64,000 nt of DNA from a virus (IMGVR_UViG_3300021256_002372:61540-125539); one strand, 5' to 3'. Positions 29,386-39,953 are shown, numbered from the stretch's first letter. Numbers and translations are program-made. Notes: a model not told the origin generated them from the sequence alone.

Positions 29386-30381
29386 ATGGAAATCAAGTAC
29401 AATATCGAAAAGAGCCAGCGCAAGGCACTGGCACAGAAGATCGCGGAGATCATCGGAGCTGAAGTCGAGTACCTTGGTGTTCCGAGCTGTGCCTATCAGA
29501 TCGACATCTTCACACTGAGCAAGGACGCAGTTCTCAGCTTCACCGACCGCAGCGACACCGAGATTGTGGAGAAGGTGCTGAACGGACTTGCAGAGGCGGG
29601 CTACACCAGCGAGACGGTAACCCCGCCGGAAGGCACGGAATCCACCCCCGACACTGAAGAGGACTATGTGGAGATCGATGTGACTATCGTCTCGGATACC
29701 GAGGAAGATATGCCGGACAACGATGATACCACCGATGTGAAAACTGATGCCGATGAGCCTGAGACCGAAACAGACGGATTCCCGATTGCAGTAACAGTTG
29801 CTCTTCCGCTGACCGACCATACTGTACAGAGCCTCACGAACCTCATCTGCATGATCCACTCACGAGGCGCACTTCTCAGCAAGTCGACTGGCGGACAGTT
29901 CTTCGCAGACAAGACGCTGGTGGATGAGATCGGCGGGCACGAGTTCCGCAGCATTTTAGAGCTGACTGCCTTCATCAAAGAGTGGGAGGAAACGAACCCT
30001 GAATTGCAGGGCATCCGCTTCGCCGATGACAAACTGATATTCGACGGATTCGGTCAGGCGGCAGATGCCGAGCACGCACAGGCATTCACCAAGCTCGCCG
30101 CAGCCATGAACCACATGGCGCTCACGCAGAAACGGGTACAGGCAAAGGATGTGGATGACAGCAATGAAAAGTACGCAATGCGCGTCTGGCTGGTACGCAT
30201 CGGCTTCGGCGGAGCAGACCACAAAACCGACCGCCACATTCTTCTGGAGCATCTGACCGGTCATTCCGCTTTCCGCAACGATGAGGAAAGGGCGAAGTGG
30301 CTGGAGCGCCAGAAGGCAAAGCGTGAAGCTGCCAAAGCCGAGCAGAACGAGGAGGGCAATGACGATGCAGTTTCCGGATGA
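29386..30381 (+). CDS. Phage 'virulence-associated'-type hypothetical protein with amidoligase-like C-terminus
   Basis: RKALAQKIAE..YLGVPSCAYQI; C-terminal NEKYAMRVWLVRIGF..LTGHSAFR. Confidence 0.75.
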   Translation: MEIKYNIEKSQRKALAQKIAEIIGAEVEYLGVPSCAYQIDIFTLSKDAVLSFTDRSDTEIVEKVLNGLAEAGYTSETVTPPEGTESTPDTEEDYVEIDVTIVSDTEEDMPDNDDTTDVKTDADEPETETDGFPIAVTVALPLTDHTVQSLTNLICMIHSRGALLSKSTGGQFFADKTLVDEIGGHEFRSILELTAFIKEWEETNPELQGIRFADDKLIFDGFGQAADAEHAQAFTKLAAAMNHMALTQKRVQAKDVDDSNEKYAMRVWLVRIGFGGADHKTDRHILLEHLTGHSAFRNDEERAKWLERQKAKREAAKAEQNEEGNDDAVSG

Positions 30382-30607
30382 ACGACAGCTCCAAGACCTG
30401 CGGAAGCGTTATCCCGCAGGCACACGCATCCGCCTGATCCACATGGACGATCCCTATGCGCCGGTTCCGGGCGGAACAGTCGGCGAGGTTCAGTACGTTG
30501 ATGATGCCGGCAACATCCACATGGTCTGGGAGAACGGCAGGACGCTTTCACTGATCGAAGGCGCAGACAGTTTCACCATTATCACCAATGACAAGGAGGC
30601 AGAATAA
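30365..30607 (+). CDS. DUF4314 domain protein
   Basis: YPAGTRIRLIHMDDPY..GTV..VDDAGNIHMVWENG..L. Confidence 0.85.
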   Translation: MQFPDERQLQDLRKRYPAGTRIRLIHMDDPYAPVPGGTVGEVQYVDDAGNIHMVWENGRTLSLIEGADSFTIITNDKEAE

Positions 30608-31023
30608 TGATCTACTTAGCCTACGGCTCAAATCTTCATATCGAACAGATGCAACGGCGATGCCCCACCGCCGAAGTCCTCGGCACGAGCACGCTCCACG
30701 GCTATCGACTGGTATTCAACAGCGTTGCGACAATAGAGCCGGATCCCGAACGCAGCGTCCCCGTCCTGCTCTGGGACATCAAGCCCGCCGACGAGACCCC
30801 GCTCGACCGCTACGAGGGTTATCCGCAACTCTACCGCAGAGAGACCGTTCAGGTCGAACTGGACGGCAAGACCGTCGATGCTATGGTCTACATCATGAAT
30901 CCAAAAGGAATCGCACCGCCCAGCCCTTATTATTACGATGTGATCCGCAAGGGCTATGAAATGAATGGACTGGACATAGCAGTGCTGGAACAGGCTCGGA
31001 TGGACTCCATCACCAAACGCTGA
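30607..31023 (+). CDS. Gamma-glutamylcyclotransferase family protein
   Basis: YLAYGSNL..QMQRRCP..LDRYEGYP. Confidence 0.9.
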   Translation: MIYLAYGSNLHIEQMQRRCPTAEVLGTSTLHGYRLVFNSVATIEPDPERSVPVLLWDIKPADETPLDRYEGYPQLYRRETVQVELDGKTVDAMVYIMNPKGIAPPSPYYYDVIRKGYEMNGLDIAVLEQARMDSITKR

Positions 31024-31257
31024 ACGCGCCACGTTCGCCCGTGTGGGGCTTTATAGGTATCCTCCGACAAGCTACCCCGTTTCAGTTTCCGCCCCACACG
31101 GCGCGTTTTACGGCGAGTCATATAATGAACAAATAACGGCGCAGAATCGCCCGATATGATCTCTACATTTAGCCGCTTGATAACCTCCGCAGGGTATGGT
31201 AATATGTCACACAACGGCAGGCGGATGCCCGCCAAACACCTGAACGGAGGAGATCAC

Positions 31258-31728
31258 ATGAACAAGAAGAGATACTACCTCGCATACGGAAGCAATCTGA
31301 ACCGCAAGCAGATGGAGATGCGCTGCCCCGGCGCAAAGCCCATCGGGACGGCACTGCTCGAAGGCTACGAGCTGCTGTTCAAGGGCAGCAAGACCGGTTT
31401 CTACCTGACCATTGAGCCGAGGGCGGACGGCGTGGTGCCGATCGCGGTCTGGGAGGTCACGGCGGAGCATGAGCGCCAGCTCGACCGCTACGAGGGCTGC
31501 CCCGTGTGCTATTATAAGAAGGAGATCCGGCTGCCGGTGTTCCGCACTGCAAGCGGTCGGACGATCCAGACAAATGGCTTTCTGTACATCATGAATCAGA
31601 TGCGGCGGCTCGGAGAACCGACACCAAGATATTTCTGGACTTGTGTACAGGGCTACCGGTCATTCGGATTCGATCCGGAATTCCTCTACGAAGCCTATGA
31701 ACGCAGTACGAGGCATCTGTACCGATAA
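31258..31728 (+). CDS. Gamma-glutamylcyclotransferase family protein
   Basis: YLAYGSNL..QMEMRCP..LDRYEGCP. Confidence 0.9.
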   Translation: MNKKRYYLAYGSNLNRKQMEMRCPGAKPIGTALLEGYELLFKGSKTGFYLTIEPRADGVVPIAVWEVTAEHERQLDRYEGCPVCYYKKEIRLPVFRTASGRTIQTNGFLYIMNQMRRLGEPTPRYFWTCVQGYRSFGFDPEFLYEAYERSTRHLYR

Positions 31729-32005
31729 GAAAAGCAGCGGCATGGCGGGGATCGCTCCCCGCTGTCCTGACCGCTGATTTTATACCTCACTGGGGGCCTC
31801 CGAAAATGAGAGATTCTATTCCATTGTATCCAAGTTTACCATAAAAATGCAAGGATATCAAGTATGTAAAAGTACCAGAGATACGGCAAAAATACACCGA
31901 AATGATCTGTACATTTAGCCGCTTGATATATCCTCCGAAAGACGGTAATATGTGACACAACGAAAGGCGCACAGCCTTCCGAAAACCGAAACGGAGGATA
32001 CAAAA

Positions 32006-32950
32006 ATGACTGAGAAGACCGCACAGCAGATCGCAAGAATGAAGGAGCAGACCATTGGGGTGGAGGTCGAGATGACCGGCATCACCCGCCGCGCTGCCGC
32101 AAAGCTCGCCGCCGAGTTCTTTGGCACCGACCACTACGAGAACACCGCAGGGCGCAACGGCTACAGCACCTGGAGCGCATGGGACACGCAGGGGCGCGAG
32201 TGGAAGTTTATGAGCGACGGCAGCATCCACGCGCAGAACGGCGAGGCCTGCGAGATGGCGACCCCGATCCTGACCTACGCAGACATCGAGACCTTGCAGG
32301 AGCTGATCCGCCGCCTGCGCAAGGCGGGCGCCAAGAGCGACTACACCCTCGGATGCGGAGTCCATGTTCACATCGGCGCGGCGGGACACACACCGCAGAG
32401 CCTGAGAAACCTTGCGAACATCATGGCGAGCCACGAAACGCTGATCGCCGAAGCGATCAAGGTCGACAGCGGCAGGATGCGCCAGTATTGCAGAACGGTC
32501 GACCCGAATTTCCTTGAGCAGCTCAACCGCAAAAAGCCCACCACGATGGCAAAGCTCGCGGACATCTGGTACACCTCGCAGGGATGCACCTACGGCAGAA
32601 CGCACCACTACAACAACAGCCGCTACCACATGCTGAACCTGCACGCGACCTTCACCAAGGGCACGGTGGAATTCAGACTTTTCCAGTTCGACCCGCCCAT
32701 GAACGGCAAGAAGAACGGGCTCCACGCAGGCAAACTCAAGAGCTACATTCAGCTTTGCCTCGCAATGAGCCAGATGGCAAAGGATGTGCGGAGCGCAAGC
32801 CCCAAGGAACAGCAGAAGGAAAACAAAAAGTTCGCGATGCGGACTTGGCTGATGCGGCTGGGCTTCATTGGCGAGGAGTTCGAGACAGCGCGGCAGGTCC
32901 TCACGGAAAACCTTACCGGCGACAACGCATTCCGCTTCGGCAGACCTTGA
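32006..32950 (+). CDS. Putative amidoligase (COOH-NH2 ligase family)
   Basis: IGVEVEM, SDGSI, CEMATP, CGVHVHIG, RYHMLN, TVEFRLF. Confidence 0.9.
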   Translation: MTEKTAQQIARMKEQTIGVEVEMTGITRRAAAKLAAEFFGTDHYENTAGRNGYSTWSAWDTQGREWKFMSDGSIHAQNGEACEMATPILTYADIETLQELIRRLRKAGAKSDYTLGCGVHVHIGAAGHTPQSLRNLANIMASHETLIAEAIKVDSGRMRQYCRTVDPNFLEQLNRKKPTTMAKLADIWYTSQGCTYGRTHHYNNSRYHMLNLHATFTKGTVEFRLFQFDPPMNGKKNGLHAGKLKSYIQLCLAMSQMAKDVRSASPKEQQKENKKFAMRTWLMRLGFIGEEFETARQVLTENLTGDNAFRFGRP

Positions 32951-33144
32951 CGGGTCTGCCCTGCGGGGCGGATGCAAAACAAAACGGCACGGGCGCGCAC
33001 AAAGCGCCCCACGCCGCGCCGTGTGGGGCGGAAAGGGTATCCTCCAAATCGGTATCCCATCTCAGTCGACCGCGCCACACAACGCGACACGGCGCAAATG
33101 TGGGCAAAGCCCAGATCATCCAAAAAAGAACAGGAGGAATCCAA

Positions 33145-33348
33145 ATGAAAGAACGAGTTTTTGAAAAGCGTACATGCCCCAAGTGCGGATGCACCTACAC
33201 CGAGCGTCCCGCCCTTTCCCGACATGACAACGCAACGCTGATCTGCCCCGACTGCGGCACGAGAGAAGCCCTCGAAAGCATGGGAATCAGCGTCGAGGAG
33301 CAGGACAAGATCCTTGGGATCATCCACGACAAGTACAACGGCGAATAA
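33145..33348 (+). CDS. Small zinc-ribbon protein
   Basis: CPKC..PALSR..ICPDCGTREAL; AGGAGG RBS. Confidence 0.75.
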   Translation: MKERVFEKRTCPKCGCTYTERPALSRHDNATLICPDCGTREALESMGISVEEQDKILGIIHDKYNGE

Positions 33349-33599
33349 GGGGCGCACAGTGGGCGGTGTGGGGCTTCACGGCCCTGCGCCGCTTGTTTGT
33401 TGGGAGAATTCCGGGCGCGACACAGGGCAGATGTGAGCATCCTGTGGGCATTGTGACTATGTACCTGAATATAAGCATAAAACAGCGGTATGTTCTACCT
33501 TGAAAATTGCAGAAAGGCGTGGACTTTTCGGGGGTTTAGAGTTAATATGTGTCATGCCGAAAGGCACGAATCACCTACATTTTCAAGGAGGATACCACC

Positions 33600-34205
33600 A
33601 TGAGATTCCTGAACGAGCATACTCGAATCCTGCACGGCAGACACCCCATTGACATGAACGACCGCACCGGCGAACGCACCGCTGCGGAGCTTGCCCTGCC
33701 CGACAACTTTTCCGACAAGGCGAAGGCCTGCTGGGAATACTACAAGGGTGCGGCATACATTTTCGAGTACAAGGGCCGCTTGGTCATCACCGATGAGAGC
33801 CTTTACCTCACCGACCACGGGGACGGCTCACACAGCGCGCCCTTCGGCGGACCCCGCTGGGTCTGCGATTCATGGGAAGATGTCGAGCGAAACTTGGAGC
33901 AGAACTACGACGAGGTCGCCGATCCGGAACTGAACAGCGGCATCGAGCCGACCGCCGACGAGCGCCACATCATGCGCCTGAACGCAAATGGCGTCATCAT
34001 CAGATACCCTAACGGCAAAAGCGAACCGGTCACCATGAAATTCTACTATGACACGATCAGGTTCCTTGCGGAGGACGGCAATGCGGTTACGACCTACCCC
34101 ATTGAGCTGCCGGGCATCCCCGGTGATTTCACCCTTGCGATCTGGCGGAACGGTCATGCGGACAGCGGCTCGACCGAGCGAATCATGGCGGTCATTGACC
34201 GCTGA
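33600..34205 (+). CDS. Hypothetical cassette protein
   Basis: Own promoter and AAGGAGG RBS. Confidence 0.7.
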   Translation: MRFLNEHTRILHGRHPIDMNDRTGERTAAELALPDNFSDKAKACWEYYKGAAYIFEYKGRLVITDESLYLTDHGDGSHSAPFGGPRWVCDSWEDVERNLEQNYDEVADPELNSGIEPTADERHIMRLNANGVIIRYPNGKSEPVTMKFYYDTIRFLAEDGNAVTTYPIELPGIPGDFTLAIWRNGHADSGSTERIMAVIDR

Positions 34206-34466
34206 CAGCGCACACAGCGGGCGGTGTAGGGCTTCACGGCTCTGCGCCGCTTGTTTGTTGGGCGGATTTCGGGCGCGACACGGCGCATTTGTGAGCCTCC
34301 TGTGGGGCGTTGGTATATGTACCAGTTATAACGGCGAAAATCGGCGATTCTTCTACGATTTATTTTGCACATAGGCGTGGACTTTTCAGGCAAAAGGCGG
34401 TAATATGTGACACAACGGAAGGGCGGACAGCCCACCGGAATTCAAACCAACACGGAGGAAACGAGC

Positions 34467-34937
34467 ATGAACACTACTTATTTTGATGAGATGACCTTCA
34501 ACTGCGCCGCATACGAGCGCGCAAAGAAGGAGCGAGAAGAGCGCAAGGCTCAGATTGCCAAAGTCCACGGCTACAACAGCCCGGAGATGGACGCATGGTA
34601 CGCCGAGGATAAGGCGGCAGGACCTTACCCCTACAGCGCCGGCGAGATGAAAGCCTACTGGGTTTTCAAGTTCCGCCGTGAGAATAATGCTGATGAGTTC
34701 GAGATGAGCGACTACTGCTGGGACAAGGAATTTCACGATTTTGTGGAAACGCTTCGCAAGCTGGGCATTACCGAATTCACAATCACCAACCACAGCACGG
34801 CGCTGATGGAAAACATCTACGGCTTTATCGCCGAAGGCTGTACGATGGAGGGAACGCACACCATTACCAAGAAAGCACGGCGCTGGGCTGCGGAGGACTA
34901 CGAACAAGTGATGGGCATCCGATTCAAGGTGAACTGA
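34467..34937 (+). CDS. Hypothetical cassette protein, family X copy 1
   Basis: EFEM..DFVETLRKLGITEFTIT..STAL..GC..GIRF; own promoter. Confidence 0.75.
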   Translation: MNTTYFDEMTFNCAAYERAKKEREERKAQIAKVHGYNSPEMDAWYAEDKAAGPYPYSAGEMKAYWVFKFRRENNADEFEMSDYCWDKEFHDFVETLRKLGITEFTITNHSTALMENIYGFIAEGCTMEGTHTITKKARRWAAEDYEQVMGIRFKVN

Positions 34938-35003
34938 ACAAAACCGCAAAGGGGCGGGCTTCACCGCCTGCCCCACAAGCGGAGCAGAAAGGAGGTATGT
35001 GGA

Positions 35004-35156
35004 ATGGCAAGAATCGTGATCGTGGTCGAGGGCGGTCTGGTGCAGGAAGTTTTCAGCAGCGAAAAAGACACGGATGTCACCGTGATCGACCTTGATACCG
35101 AAGAGGGACAGGCTGCGGAACCTGAAACGGAAATGCCGGAATTCAAGGTGTGGTAA
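35004..35156 (+). CDS. 50-aa hypothetical protein (not in ORF track)
   Basis: AAAGGAGG RBS; MARIVIVVEGGLVQEVFS..VIDLD..W*. Confidence 0.6.
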   Translation: MARIVIVVEGGLVQEVFSSEKDTDVTVIDLDTEEGQAAEPETEMPEFKVW

Positions 35157-35299
35157 GAAGTACATACTACACAAGATCTCACGCAGATACGCTCGAAATG
35201 ATCTGTACATTCAGCCGCTTGATATCGTGCGGAAACAGAGTTATAATGTCGCTACCGAAGGGAAAACCTCGGAATTACATTCTTTTGGAGGATACGAAA

Positions 35300-35734
35300 A
35301 TGGCAGACTACAACATGAACGGCTGCAAGGTGCGCTTTCGCATCGCAGACTACGCTTCCGACCCGATGGTCATGGCGATCACCGCGACCGCAGAGGATGA
35401 CGAGTTCGATGTGGTGCTTTCGGTCAACATCGGCAGCAGCATCGGCAACGGCACGCTGATCCCTCGCAACTGCGCCTTCATCGACACCAACAACAATCCG
35501 ACCGCAGAGGACTTCCTGCGGAGCATCGGTGCAAAGCAGTACGAACGCTTCGGAGAGCCGGTCTACGGATACAGCGGATTCTGCCGCTACCCGCTTTACG
35601 AATTTTCGGATGACCTTCTTATGGAAATGGATGCGGACGGCTACGAAAAACACTGCAAAAGCTACGGCGGAGCCTTCCTGATGGTACAACGCAGAATGAA
35701 CGCAGAGGTGTTCGGCGCAGACCTTTTTGGATAA
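35300..35734 (+). CDS. Hypothetical cassette protein (DUF4313-like)
   Basis: SVNIG..AFIDTNN..SGFCRYPLYEF. Confidence 0.65.
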   Translation: MADYNMNGCKVRFRIADYASDPMVMAITATAEDDEFDVVLSVNIGSSIGNGTLIPRNCAFIDTNNNPTAEDFLRSIGAKQYERFGEPVYGYSGFCRYPLYEFSDDLLMEMDADGYEKHCKSYGGAFLMVQRRMNAEVFGADLFG

Positions 35735-35922
35735 ATCGCAAGCTGGGTGCAGCCCCTTCGGGGGCTGTTCTCCTGCATGGCTTTATGTACAAGAAACCGC
35801 ACAGATACTCCGAAAATGATCTGTACATTTACCCGCTTGCTATTCGGCACAGGGTATGGTAATATGTGACACAACGGAAGGGCGGACAGCCCGCCGAATA
35901 CAAAACACGGAGGAATACCACC

Positions 35923-36417
35923 ATGAAAACCCTGAAGATTTACAACACCCTGATCGCCCAGATCGCAAGCGACAGCACCTGCATCACCGCTCCGGTCGAG
36001 GACTACGCTTCCGAGCTGTTCGATGCGCTGGAGAAGGACGGCACCGACCTCGCCGAGTACGCTGGCGACTACCACGGTGCGACCTATTACAAGAAGCTCC
36101 GCAAGATCACGATGAGCGCCGAGTGGGTCGGCAGCAAGCTCTACGGGCTTGCCACCTGCGAGGTCGAGGATGACTGGACGGACGACGATACCGCACAGCT
36201 CAAGGAGTACCTCACCGGGCAGTACAGCGACGGCTGGGGCGAGGGTTTCGAGCAGCGCGAGATCGACAGCTACACTGACACCGAGACCTGCGAGGAGTAC
36301 GATGCCGAGGAGGACGAGTACTACGAAAGCGAGTGGGATGTGCGCTGCTTCGTTTACGTTTCCTTCTGGCAGGACAAGAACTTCCGAATCATGACCGAGG
36401 CAGAGCTGAAGGGCTGA
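35923..36417 (+). CDS. Acidic hypothetical cassette protein
   Basis: LKEYLTGQYSDGWGEGFEQREI; own promoter. Confidence 0.75.
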   Translation: MKTLKIYNTLIAQIASDSTCITAPVEDYASELFDALEKDGTDLAEYAGDYHGATYYKKLRKITMSAEWVGSKLYGLATCEVEDDWTDDDTAQLKEYLTGQYSDGWGEGFEQREIDSYTDTETCEEYDAEEDEYYESEWDVRCFVYVSFWQDKNFRIMTEAELKG

Positions 36418-36614
36418 GCAGAAAGGGGCAGGGCTTCGGCTCTGCTCCGATCATTCCACGCTGTGTACATCTGACAATTCATAAGCCTGAAAACGGCGAT
36501 TCTTCTACTTTTTATTTTGCACATAGGCGTGGACTTATCTGCAGGATCATGGTAATATACAACACAACGGCAAGGGCAGAACGCCCGCCGAATATAAAAC
36601 TGGAGGACAAGAAC

Positions 36615-36995
36615 ATGAGCACGAATTCGAGAATCGGCATCCTGCACGACGACGGCACCACGGAGACCATCTACTGCCACTGGGACGGCTACCCGGAGCA
36701 TCAGATGCCGATCCTGACCAAGCACTACGACACCGCCGAGAAGGTCAAGGCGCTGCTTGCACTCGGTGACATCAGCATCCTCGGCGAGCGCCTTGCACCC
36801 AATGCAGACGAGCCGCACAGCTTCGAGAATCCGGCGGAGGGTGTGACGGTCGCCTACCACCGCGACCGCAAGGAGCCGATGAGCCCGGCGGTCACCCACA
36901 AGAGCATCGTTTCCCTGATGCGTGCCGACTGGGGCATCCCTTACTACTACCTCTTCGATGAGCAGAAGGGACACTGGCTGCCGCCGACCGAGTAA
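36615..36995 (+). CDS. Hypothetical cassette protein
   Basis: STNSRIGI..IYCHWDGYP..YHRDR..YYYLF; own promoter. Confidence 0.75.
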   Translation: MSTNSRIGILHDDGTTETIYCHWDGYPEHQMPILTKHYDTAEKVKALLALGDISILGERLAPNADEPHSFENPAEGVTVAYHRDRKEPMSPAVTHKSIVSLMRADWGIPYYYLFDEQKGHWLPPTE

Positions 36996-37277
36996 TAACG
37001 GGGCGGGCTTGCCCCACGTTCGCCCGTGTGCGGTTTTCCTGCGGTGAGCGATGAACTTGCCCATGCGGAAAACCGCCCCACACGGTCGAGGACACAGGCT
37101 CTGTGTGCGTTCTGGTGCCGCCCGTGGGCTTGGTGCTATGTGTACAACAAATAGCGCAGATCCGCCGATTTTGTTCTGTACATTTAGCCGCTTGCTATTT
37201 GGAAAAGATCATGGTAATATGTGACACAACGGAGGGGAAGACAGCCCGCCGAAAACAAAACACGGAGGTAAACCACC

Positions 37278-37643
37278 ATGACCAAGAAGAAGCTGAACGA
37301 GATCAAGACCACCCTGAACTTCCTGCGCAACGGCAGAGCCGCCACCGAGCAGATGACCGATGAGACCTGCCTTGAGGTCTACGGCATTTCCAGAGCGCAG
37401 GCACTCGCAAACATGGACAGCAGCATCGCAAAGTACGAGCGCGAGCTGGAGAGAGCCGAGCATCCGCTGACCGGCATCGACAAGCAGCTCTACGACATTG
37501 CCGCCAAGCACATGGTCATTGTGCAGGAGCGCGGAGACCTGGAAGCCCGCCACTGCGACAGCGAGGACTTCATCGAGGTTCCGGTCTGGGGACTGGAAGC
37601 CGCCCTCAAGGACGCCTACGAGGCAGGACGCAAGAGCAAGTAA
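37278..37643 (+). CDS. Hypothetical cassette protein, family Y copy 1 (DUF6900-like)
   Basis: IAAKHM..LEARHCDSEDFIEVPVWGLEAALKDAYEAG. Confidence 0.75.
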   Translation: MTKKKLNEIKTTLNFLRNGRAATEQMTDETCLEVYGISRAQALANMDSSIAKYERELERAEHPLTGIDKQLYDIAAKHMVIVQERGDLEARHCDSEDFIEVPVWGLEAALKDAYEAGRKSK

Positions 37644-37705
37644 AACCGAACGGCGACCCCTTCCTGAAATACGGAAGGGGCAATGCCGGAAAAGGAGAAA
37701 CCGAA

Positions 37706-37882
37706 ATGGATACATACGCACAGCTCGAGATGCTGACGGCGGTCATTGCCAATCTTTCTGTTACCGGGGTCTGGTCGGAGCGTGATGTGATGGAAACGCT
37801 TCTGGAGGTCTTTGAGCCGAAGGAGCTTGAACAACTCGGCTACGGCGACCGGATCGATGCCTACCTGAAAGAGTTCGGCTGA
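37706..37882 (+). CDS. 58-aa hypothetical protein (not in ORF track)
   Basis: AAAGGAG RBS; MDTYAQLEML..YLKEFG*. Confidence 0.6.
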   Translation: MDTYAQLEMLTAVIANLSVTGVWSERDVMETLLEVFEPKELEQLGYGDRIDAYLKEFG

Positions 37883-38127
37883 TCGCCCACAACGCACCAC
37901 GTTCGCCTGTGTGGGGCTTTTCATGGCGGCAGCGGATAACTTGCCACTGCAGAAAACCGCCCCACACGGCGCGACTGTGCGCGTTCTGTGCGATGTACAA
38001 TTCCGCCTGAAATATCGGCACATGTTTGGTACATTTATTTTGCGAAAAGGCGTGGACTTATTGCGGAAAAAGAGTTAATATGTCAATACCGCCAGACAAG
38101 CGGAATCAAACAAAGGAGCGAATCTAC

Positions 38128-38481
38128 ATGAAAATTCTGGTATGCGAACCCGGCAAGCACCCCTACGTCAAGGACATCGAACACACCCTTGAAAACCTTC
38201 AGGCGGAAGTGGACGGCTACATTCAGGCAATCTACCCCTTCGAGGAACAGGTCGGTGTAATCGTGAACGAGGAAGGGCTGTTCCGCGATGACCTCGCATG
38301 GAACAGAACGGTCGAGAAGTACGGACCGATCAAGGGAACCTTCTTCGTGTGTGGGCTGGGCTTCGAGGATTTCACGGGGCTGACCGATGAGCAGATCGAA
38401 AAGTACAAGGCACTCTTCTGGGAGCCGGAGATCTTCATCCCGACACCGAACGGCATGGTGGTACTTCACATCATCGACTGA
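38128..38481 (+). CDS. DUF3846 domain protein
   Basis: LENLQAEVDGYIQ..IVNEEG..NR..IKGTFFVCG..FTGLT. Confidence 0.8.
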   Translation: MKILVCEPGKHPYVKDIEHTLENLQAEVDGYIQAIYPFEEQVGVIVNEEGLFRDDLAWNRTVEKYGPIKGTFFVCGLGFEDFTGLTDEQIEKYKALFWEPEIFIPTPNGMVVLHIID

Positions 38482-38536
38482 AAAAACGGCGGGGCTGCCC
38501 TTCACCGGGCAGCCGAATGCCGAAAGGAGAAATTAC

Positions 38537-38914
38537 ATGGATATCAGTTACACATTTGAACAGATGGATCGTAACATCTACGAACGCAAAAGCAATGGTC
38601 AGAAGTCGGGCTACAGCCTCGGTGCAAGAAAAGCTCTGTGGAACTACAAGGACAGCAAGCGTCACAACAGCAGCGAATTTGAGGTCACCGACCTTCCGAG
38701 CGAGTCCGACATGGAGGATTTTCTCTCCACGCTACGCATCGCAAAAGTTACAACCTTCGTGGTCACTGCAAAAAGCACCGCACTGATCGAGGCGCTCCAC
38801 CAGATGCGCAGGCTTGGATGCACGGTCTACGGGCTGGATACCATTACCCGCAACGATACGGAATACCACGTCATGGATGACTACGAGGTCGAAGGCATCC
38901 GCATTATGTTGTGA
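38537..38914 (+). CDS. Hypothetical cassette protein, family X copy 2
   Basis: EFEV..DFLSTLRIAKVTTFVVT..STAL..GC..GIRI. Confidence 0.72.
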   Translation: MDISYTFEQMDRNIYERKSNGQKSGYSLGARKALWNYKDSKRHNSSEFEVTDLPSESDMEDFLSTLRIAKVTTFVVTAKSTALIEALHQMRRLGCTVYGLDTITRNDTEYHVMDDYEVEGIRIML

Positions 38915-39122
38915 AATCATAAGGGCAGAGCTACGGTTCTGCCCCACCTCCGCACCGGTTTCCGGTGCTGTTTTTGTCCGTCATAATATGTACAATTCCT
39001 GCGGAAATACGCCGATCTTGTTCTGTACATTTAGCCGCTTGATAGTTTTCCAAAGGTATGGTAATATGTGACACAACGGAAGGGCAAAGCCCACCGGAAT
39101 ACAGAACACGGAGGAATCCACC

Positions 39123-39485
39123 ATGAACTTTTTTGAAACTGAGCTGAAGAAGATGACCGCGAAGGTCGCCGCCCTGAAGAATCCCAAGCTGGTCGGCAGA
39201 GCCTGCATTGCCCGCCTGACTGACACGACGACGGTCAAGGCAACCTTTACAACGCTTGGGGTTTCGGAGCATTACCCTGCGATCCGGATCACGCTCCTGA
39301 ACAGAAGCGAGGGTAAGATTGACGAGATCGTCATTCGCTTTAGCGACCACTGGACAGGCAAGGATGCCATTCACGCATGGACAGACCGCGGAAAAACCGA
39401 TTGGTACGCCTACCACCCAACCGCAGCGGACTACACCAAGATCGCAAAGGCGATCAGCGACTACCTTGAAAACTTCGCCGACTGA
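39123..39485 (+). CDS. Hypothetical cassette protein
   Basis: MNFFETELKK..; own promoter and RBS. Confidence 0.72.
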   Translation: MNFFETELKKMTAKVAALKNPKLVGRACIARLTDTTTVKATFTTLGVSEHYPAIRITLLNRSEGKIDEIVIRFSDHWTGKDAIHAWTDRGKTDWYAYHPTAADYTKIAKAISDYLENFAD

Positions 39486-39537
39486 AAACCGAGCCGCCCT
39501 TCTCCGGAGGGGCGGCATCCCTGAAAGGAGCGCATAC

Positions 39538-39717
39538 ATGGATACCAAAACAGAAAAGGCACTGGAGCAGATCGCAATGGAAGAGAGCCTTGTGCTTGCG
39601 GAGCACGGCGGGCTAGACTTCCGGGGCATCGACAACGACCTCGCTGAGGTCAGCATTATGACGCTCCGCATGATGCTGGCAAGAGCCTACGAGCTGGGCA
39701 GGAACATCAAGCCCTGA
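39538..39717 (+). CDS. Hypothetical cassette protein, family Y copy 2
   Basis: LEQIAME..GLDFRGIDNDLAEVSIMTLRMMLARAYELG. Confidence 0.65.
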   Translation: MDTKTEKALEQIAMEESLVLAEHGGLDFRGIDNDLAEVSIMTLRMMLARAYELGRNIKP

Positions 39718-39953
39718 TTCGCGCCACGTTCGCCCGTGTGGGGGCTTACGGTATTTCTGCGGATCACTTGACCATGCGGATAACCGCCCCACACGGCGCG
39801 TTCTGGCGCGTTTTACGCAGTCCGGCAAAAGCACCAGAACACAGACGCCATATTCGTGCAGTATTCCACTTGAATTTAGCCGCAAAAGACGGTAACATTG
39901 GACTACCGCCGGGGCTGCTGCCCTGCGGAATCTACACATTGGGAGGTCCTGAT

